A stretch of DNA of 64,000 bases from the human T2T-CHM13v2.0 reference genome, Homo sapiens: assembly GCF_009914755.1 (NCBI RefSeq), contig NC_060930.1, one strand, 5' to 3'. Shown in pieces: positions 52,684-64,000 of the stretch. The first letter of the stretch is position 1, and each line of letters starts with the position of its first letter. Below the pieces are notes generated by a model. That model searched no databases. It was not told the origin of the DNA and worked only from the letters and a program-made list of their open reading frames with translations. The translations under genes were made by a program, and so were the position numbers.

Positions 52684-54675
52684 TGCTTTTTTTTTAAATG
52701 ACATACATCTCAATCTTTTCCTTGGGTGGTGCTGTTCAAAGCTCCTCCCAAGAGGAGCATGAGGAAGGTTTCTGTGAGTGGGGGTGTGTGTTTGCACACA
52801 CACATAGGTATGAAAACACCACTTACTTCTTAGTAGTGTTTAAATTTGGATCTGAGGGTAACCCAAGTGGCTAACACTTCCCTTACTATTTATTACCATG
52901 GGTCACTATTCTTTAGAATTTCACACCATCTTAAAGCTCTTGTGTTTGCTGTGTTTTGATTTCATTTTGGGGGACTTGGTTTGCTAAAAACAAACAAACA
53001 AACCAACAAACAAAACATTTCCGTAAGACACTGTCTGTAAAGACACTCCCCAACCCTTATTCTACCATGAAAACTCCCTGCTTGTGATGATGAGCTATGG
53101 AGAGTACTCAACCATCCTCATATTTTTCTGTTGATTAAGCTCAGCCACAGACCACAGATAGGTAACAATGACCATAGGTGGGTAACAATGGGATGAGGAA
53201 GGAGCCTTGCCTACCATGACCTTGTCCTGGCTCTTTCTCCTGACAATGTAGTGATGGGATGAGTTTCACAAGGTAATGAAGAAATTATTATTACTGGGAG
53301 CAAATGTTAGAGGATTGTTCTAAAGACATTCAGGTTGGAGGTAGGAAGGATGGTCAAGTTTGATATGTATACATCCAATATTAAGATTCTGTAGTTTTTC
53401 AGTCAGCATCAATCTTATCCATAGTTCCAGTTGAATCTACCTGCTGCAATTCATTTGATTCATGATTATTATTATTATTATTATTATTATTTTTGCCTGG
53501 ACCTCAAATATTTTAAATCAGTGACACAGCTATTTTTATTTTTTATTTTTATTTATTTATTTTTTTAAATTACAATTGAGCACAGGATTGGAGCACATTC
53601 TAGGCTAAAATGAAATATATCAGGGCGCAAACAACACACTCTCACATTTGCAGATATTTGCTACTATTTCTACAAAAGTTTCATCATTGGTAAGCATTCA
53701 GCCTAAGTATTAAGAACGAACAGATAAAAGCTTATTCAAAAACATCACTGTATAGTAGACTACCAATTTCTCCCCTGGAGTGGGAAAACCTTTCTGCACC
53801 TGAACCTTGCCTAATTTAGCCAGTTCCATATTTTCTGAGGGTCTATTATTCTCAGCACTTCACATGATACTAAAATAGGTTATTAGCTAGAATTCTTTCG
53901 AACACAAGTAACAGACACCCATTTGTGTTTACAAATATAGGAATGGAAAAATGTGTTATGAGGATGTATGCATATCTCATCTCCCAGAGCCTACGGACAG
54001 GATCACATCCAAGCCTCATGCAGAACCTGGAGCTACAAAATGAAAAGCAATTAGGACTCGGTTTCATTTTTTGTCTTTTCTTTGCCCTGTGCCTTTGTGT
54101 CCTTGTCCTCTTTTCAGATCAGTGTTCTTTGCTTTTCTATCTGCATGACTACATATAGTTACTGCACAGTTTGATTTTATAGCTTCAGACACATGCTGAA
54201 GTTGTCTCCAAATTCCAAGGGAAAATCTGATTGGCTTAATTGAACATAAATACCTTCACCTTGTCCACAGGTTGTGCTAAGTGAAAACTTAATTTGGGGG
54301 GAATTATTTTGAAATATCAGCTGGTCTCTTTAGAACATGGTCATTCAAGATAAACCATTATAAAGGAATTTTTGCCACTTAGAGAAAAAAGACTATGTTT
54401 CTGTCTAATTCATCTTAGAGCTGATCTTGGCTTCAATGTTTGAAATAGGTGTGGAATGTCTGCAGTAATGATAACCATAGTAATACTGGACTTTTGTATG
54501 ATAATTGCAGGTTTTACAAGCTACCCAACATCTTTTTGAGGTTAGTCAGTATTATTATAATTATGCTAGATTTAGGGATATGGATATGGAGACATAGAAA
54601 TTGAAGTTGCTATGCTAAATGGTCATAACAAATCTCGAAAAACTCAGAATTTAAATTAAAATCAACTGGCTCTAA

Positions 54676-55099
<424 letters not shown>

Positions 55100-55479
55100 C
55101 TCAGTAATTTTTATAGCAACACAAAGAATGGCCTAACACTTTAGGAAGAAAAAGTACGTAGAAGCTTGTAAACCTAGAATTGAGAGTCTAAGAAACCAGG
55201 AGGCTTTCCTGTGAGATAGTAAAGCTAAACTGTGAAGGAAGAGTTCATAGTAGATTTTTTTTTAATATACAAGGATGTTGATGGCAATATTGTGAATAGT
55301 AGAAAAAATAATCTGGATATAAAATTCTAATCAATTAGACAGTGTGCTACATATATAATATATCCTCACCAAGGGGTATTATGCACCCATTCAAATAAAC
55401 AATTAGAACTCTGTCTTTTGACATGGAGGGATTTCCATGAAGTAATGAGAAGTGAGAAAAGAAGCATGCATTTTAAAAA

Positions 55480-55780
55480 GCACAGGAATAGTTCCAGAGA
55501 GAGCATTCCTCAAGAAAAAGAGAGAGGAAGTAGTGTAAAGATGAGCTTCCTAGGCATAAGGAACAGCATGTGCAAATGCCCCAAGGAAGAAGACGGCCTG
55601 GTGAAATACAGTAATTGAAAGGAGAGTAAAGAGGCTGGAGCTCAGAAAATGAGGTCAGGGGCTATAGGACAAGGAGAGGTGGGAGGGATACCAGGTGAAA
55701 TAGAGAAGTAGATAGGTCAGAGCATATATTTGAGAAAGCCATATCAAGAACTTTGTTGTTATCCTTCAGTAAATGTTTTA
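55480..55780 (-). mobile_element. L2 fragment
   Basis: ggaacagcatgtgcaaatgcccc...gaggctggagc. Confidence 0.65.
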
Positions 55781-55916
55781 TACCTTGAACTATTGCCTTT
55801 TCTAACACTTAGTGATTGCATGTCATTTAACACTTAGTGATTGCTGGGAGAGCTCTGCAGAGTATTCACTATATTTTAGAATCAATGACACTATACCTGG
55901 CACAAAGGAAATTCTT

Positions 55917-57434
<1,518 letters not shown>

Positions 57435-59916
57435 TAATACATTCTAGTTTTCCACTTCACCTTGTCCCCTTTCCAGTCGTTTTCTCCCATGAATGCATAC
57501 AATATGGTTCTATAGTTCTCAACTCCCAGGCTCAATGCCCCTTCTTGGTTTTAAAGAAATATTTTATAACATTGTCTTGCTACACTAAAACAATGAAATT
57601 TATTAATAATGTAATTTAACCTACATATAACTTTTAAAAGTAATGTTATGTCCTGATTATAAAGTAAATAAAAGGAATTTATAAAAATGCTATTTGTTGT
57701 AGTATATAAACATTCATACACAAATATACCAGAAGGCAGAAGAAGCTGTGAGATGTGAGATGACTGACCTACAGATGCTAAGGAAGACTGATGAGTTTTA
57801 TTATATCTCTGAAGCAGTTACGTAGTGCTGTGATCTACAAAATGATGAATAATTCTTAGCAGATGTCTATGTTAAGCAAAATATATTGTAATTGGATTCC
57901 TATAATTCAGTATACATTAAAACTGTGCCAAACATTTCTTGTACTTGTATGTAAAACAGAGAGAAGCTCTGAACTTAGGCAATTATAAATGAATTTTTCA
58001 CCTTCATTTTGTCTGGCAGGACTGCTGTTATTTGCCCAAGACATCAGATAATTTTCCATTATGATGGATACATCACAGGACATTGTCATTCCCTGCCCAC
58101 CAAATACCAGTACAGCCCTCAATCATCGTAACATTTTCCAAATGTTCCTTATCAGTTGGTCCACTGAGAGCCACTGATCTGATTGGAAAACAAGACGCTG
58201 GAAATGTCACATTGTACCAGGAGACTTCAATAACAGCTGAAAAAAAAACAATAAAAGGGATGTTATAAAGTCACATGTAGATGGCAGAAAAAATACTAAA
58301 GGGATTAAGTCTTAGGCATTTTAAGTAGCCCACACCAGTCAAAGCTGGAATAAGACAATGTGGAAATAGATTTTGAACAATGACTAACCTGAAGTGAGAC
58401 AGAGGAACAAGGGAGGCATTTTAGGCTGGAGGTCCACTGAGCAGAGGTGGGCAAAGGTGTGATGTACAAATAAACATGATATGTCTGGGAGCCAGTGATA
58501 CAGAATTTCAGACATCTTCAAATTAGGCCTTCCAGAAAGGCAGTTGGAGTTGGCAGTTTACTCTTGCTTCATTTTTGTTGTTGTTTTCTCTTTTTCTCTG
58601 TCTTAATTATAAAAAATACAAGTTATATCCCAGACCTCAGTTGAAGTTTGTGAAATCCAGTCCAGATAGTGACTCTAAGGACACCAAAAATGATTACTAC
58701 TGATGTGTGTTTTTAATAATTCCTACAACATATAGTAGCAATGGATGTCTATGATTATGTTAGCAATGTTGGTGATAAAGACCTTTCCATATTGCTATGA
58801 TAAAATACTTTTGAAGATGGCTATTCATATTCATCCATAACAATGATAAGTAACGAATGACTTCAGAAGTTACATTTAATATTTTCAAAGATGTTAAATA
58901 TGGACAATTCTCATGTCTTAACAAATACTAATAACAAAAGATGAATGAATATTTTAAAAATTGAATAATTAAAATAATCAGTACTTTGTATCAAATAGAT
59001 TCTATTAGCTCACGCTATGTTCTGTTTTTACACCTAATGGCATGATTATGCAATTTACCAGTAAATACCAGCATGGTTTTTAACGTTATTTACGTGTATT
59101 ATGAAAAATGTAAGCAACCTAATATTTTCATGTGTTTGATCTGCCCAAGAGAAAGAGGAAATGCATTCATCAGAGAATAGGATCTAATGAGTTTAGCAAT
59201 TTAAAAATTAAGAACCATGATTTTCTGCTATTTTAATTAAGTCATTTTATATCTCTTTAACTCATTCTCTAAAATAATTTGTTACAATTATCTAACCTTT
59301 TACAAATATTTGCAAATTAAAAGAAATAATTACCCAGTACTACACCATAATTTTGAAGAATGGATGAAGCACACAGTATGATAATGTGTTTTTCATCCTT
59401 CTAAAGGAACTTGGTGATGACCAAAACAGGAAAAAATTCTTAATCTACAAATCTATTGAATTTTATTACATTTGTTTCCACACCTCTTTTCACAAATGTT
59501 TGTACCATCTTTTTGAACTTTAACTGGTCTTTAATTAGTTCTCTATACACCAATGAACACACAAACACAAGTCAAGGAATCAAATTAACACAGGATTCCT
59601 AGTTATATTATCTGCTATGCTTTATTAGTCTTTCTATCTTCTGCCCCAACCAATGCTTGGCACAATGCCTTTTCTTTAGAAAGCCCTCAATAAATGTATT
59701 TATGACACTTACATAATACTTTATGTAACAATTTAAATGTGAGAGATATATAAAATGATTATGAAGTTCATTTCAATAATTTTCACAGTAGTCTTACATG
59801 AAATGTCATAAGACAATTAAACTAATGTGATGATTCATCTGGCCATAGGTTTAGCCAACACTGACAGAAATTTTGCTTGGTAACTTCCCCAAAGTACTTG
59901 GGGAAAATATTTTTTG

Positions 59917-60274
<358 letters not shown>

Positions 60275-60661
60275 TAGTAAAGGCTTTATCTGCCTGAAAA
60301 CCATTGTCTTGAACTGAACGTACATCCTAAAGCTCTTGAAGGAACTAGAATCTTAGTGCTCTTTTTGTGTACAAATAATGACTGAGACCTGGTAACTAAC
60401 TGAAATAGCTTCACATACTTCTCATACTTATCATACTTCTAAGGATTTTTGAAGAACATCTTTGTTAAAAACAAATCAACAATTGAAAAGAAACATGTCA
60501 TTCAGAGTATGATTTCCTTCTTTCCCAATAAAATTAGTTGCTTCTTCTCTTCTATAACTCCTGTCTGTTTCATTGTTATCTATATTTATGTGTATATATA
60601 TTATTTTCTGGATTATTGTACTTCACATATATTTTATCTTATCAATTAAATTGTAAGTACT

Positions 60662-61089
<428 letters not shown>

Positions 61090-61168
61090 TTAGACTTTAG
61101 ATTAAATATTATAGAATGAGGGTAAAGATGCAAATGAAGATTGAGTTGACTTGTAGTTTTTAAAAGCC

Positions 61169-61454
<286 letters not shown>

Positions 61455-61839
61455 TTAGTGTAATCTTCCCATCCATCCTGTTAGCTACTTTTAAAGTATT
61501 AACTGTAAAAGTCTAGTTTTAGTTTCTGTCTTAAATATAACCTATCCATTTAAAAAATAATACAGTTGAGAATTTATTAGGCATACTTATCATATGGAGA
61601 GACTGAGGTTTTATATCTCCCTTCCCATATCATCTGGACCTTGTTCATTACCCATTATTCTTTCTATTCTCTGCTATTTCCTTTCCAACACATTTACAGA
61701 AAGATTCCCAACAACTTGAAAACAACCTTTCACATGATCCTGCTCCTGCCTCTTCCTACTTTTCACATACATGGCCATTTTATTTCTTTCTTTCCCTCTA
61801 CTGATGACTTTTGGCAGCTTGAAAACACTTAGGTTATAA

Positions 61840-62055
61840 CTTGGGCAACATGGTGAAACCCTGTCTCTATTAAAAAAAATACAAAAATTAGCTGGGTTTG
61901 GTGGTATGCACCTGTAATCCCAGCTACTAGGGAGGCTGAGGTGGGAGAGTTGCTTGAGCTGAAAAGTTGGATGTTGCAGTGAGTTGAGACACTACACTCC
62001 AGCCTAGGGGGCAGAGCAAGATCCTGTTTCAAAAAAAGGAAAGAAAGAAAAGAAA
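61840..62055 (+). mobile_element. 5'-truncated Alu (J-like)
   Basis: tgggcaacatggtgaaaccctgtctc...; degenerate TSD aaaacacttaggttat / aaaacctagttat. Confidence 0.85.
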
Positions 62056-63738
62056 ACCTAGTTATTTCTTTCACTTTCAATTCTACATCCATTCTATCTG
62101 ATGCAAATCATATTGATTTTCTATTTCATTGGCTCTCAAATCGGTTTCCTCCTTTTCATTTTCACTATTCCTTCCCTTGTCATACTATTCACATGACAGC
62201 TAGGCATAACTACTCTTCCTGACTCCCTAGAATTTATACCAAAGTCACCAACTGTTAGATTAGTCAACATATCACCAGCAAGAGACACAAGTCCATATTT
62301 TTCAGCTTGCAGTCAGAGTTCTTCCCAATCTGATTCCCAGTATAATTAATAGTAATGCACTTACGGGCTTACCACAGATCAAGAGCTGGGATGTTTTCCA
62401 CATACCATATCTAATTTATAATTCTCACAACAATCTTAGATTATAAATAATTTTGATCTCATTCTGTGAGAAAATTACTCCAAACTTTATGTCTAAATGT
62501 ATCTTCCACCACTCACAACCATGTGATGCCCATGGCCAAATCAGGTAATTGATTTGCGTGGTTCTGGAACTTGCTTTTAGCCTTTACTCTGCTCTTTCAG
62601 CATCTAATCACATGTCAATTTCATTCTCCTGACAAGTTTGCTCATCAGTCGGGACCCAACTCAAATTCTAATAGTTCTGTGAAATTCTGTCCACATTCCT
62701 CACCCACCTTCTAGGCTCCTTAAGGGGTGAGATCAATTTTATGTATTTTTCCATCCCATTAAGGATGGAAAGGTCTTACATAGCATAATACCTTTAATGG
62801 ATTCTCCCTCTCCACGTCTATTTTCTGATCTTTTGTTTGCTTTTAATAATGAACACTCTAGTAGATATATCCTTCTTTCTTTGTGATTTCACTTGACTTA
62901 GCATGAGTGCATATCTTAATAAAATTAGACTTCCTATGGGCCTCATTTAACTCCAAATATTCTTGATATTTTTAACAATAGGATAAGTGCATCTCAAAAC
63001 GTTCATAAGTATTGCACCTTTAAGAGACATTCAGAATTATTCTCAAAGGCTGTAGAAACACGCCAGTATATTAAGTACCACATAGAGAATATTAATTTAG
63101 TCAATGGATTGCATGCCAAAAATGAGGAAGAGAACTGAAAAAATATTAAAAAGTGAGATGTGAAAATTAGGAACAGAAGGAAAAAATAAATACATAAAAC
63201 AAGACAATTCTCTACATTCTTTTGAAGAAATGAAACTACAAACCAGACACCAAGATCTGGAAGATTAGCTTTGTACTAATCCTGGAATTTGCTTTTACTT
63301 TCCTGTCTTTGGCCTTTGCTCTGATGTTTCAGTATCTAGACTAATGCGAATTTCATTCTTCAGTTTAAATCAGCACGTCAGTCAGGGATTCATCCAAACC
63401 TTAATGGCTTAGCATTTTCCTCAACTGTTTTATTTGGAGCAAAATCGCCACGAAAGTCATTTTTAAGGGTCAATTCAATTTTATGATAATTTATATATTA
63501 TGCCAGACGCTTAAAATATGCCTATTACTACCCTAAATTCCATTCTTACAGTACTAGGCTGCATTTTAGACATTTGCTGCAAATGACTTTATCTTGAAGT
63601 CTACGTGATTACACAAATTATTATAAATACTCATGACAGATTTACTGAGGTGTAGGCAAGGAAATTAAAAAATAAATTTTATTAATTACTGTATTTTATG
63701 TTTAAATTATAGTGTCTCCACTTCCGTAACATTGCTCC

Positions 63739-63762
63739 GCAGTATCCCACCTAGAGGGACCT
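63739..63762 (+). promoter_or_regulatory. Candidate CTCF site with an upstream GCAGT motif
   Basis: gcagtatcccacctagagggacc resembles the upstream motif plus a CCAC-TAGAGGG core, in unique DNA with slightly raised CpG. Confidence 0.4.
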
Positions 63763-64000
63763 GCTTTCACGCACATCTCCCTATTTTAAACAATATCCTT
63801 TCATCCCAAATCTGTAACTAGGACAGTTGAGAGTCAGTACCAAAATCTTTGATGATATTTGAAATTCTTTTACATAAAAAAGTAAAGGCACAAGCACTTT
63901 TTCTTCTACTTTTCCACTCCCCACGTCCTCTCCAAGCCTAAAGACTCTTAGGCACTGAGAAGGAGTCTGCACTGCGGGATGCCCACTGGAATTACCTACT

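Noticed and set aside
54061-54120. Strong plus-strand polypyrimidine tract and cag acceptor
   Set aside because: No convincing downstream donor or reading frame; it may belong to an old LTR relic.

Overview
Human (primate) genomic DNA, AT-rich and dominated by interspersed repeats. The presence of an L1HS-Ta element indicates a human origin. I see no protein-coding gene; nearly all long ORFs in the track are L1 ORF1/ORF2, THE1-internal or Alu-derived. The window holds about 24 Alus, several L1s from different eras (old L1M, a full-length L1PA7/8-like copy, an L1PA4/5-like 3' part, and a young 5'-inverted L1HS-Ta), a full THE1A provirus nested in a THE1B LTR, MST/MLT LTRs, L2/MIR/L3 relics and STRs. 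The most notable observations are: (1) a TSD-bounded chimeric U6 retrocopy fused to a non-L1, MIR-containing passenger (4099-4328); (2) an L1HS-Ta twin-priming insertion that is probably polymorphic; (3) a perfect 31-bp inverted repeat at 17600-17745; (4) an AluY with no TSD next to an orphan LTR end, suggesting an Alu-mediated deletion. I found no convincing novel multi-gene system. Subfamily calls were made by eye from recalled consensus sequences and need RepeatMasker/Dfam confirmation.
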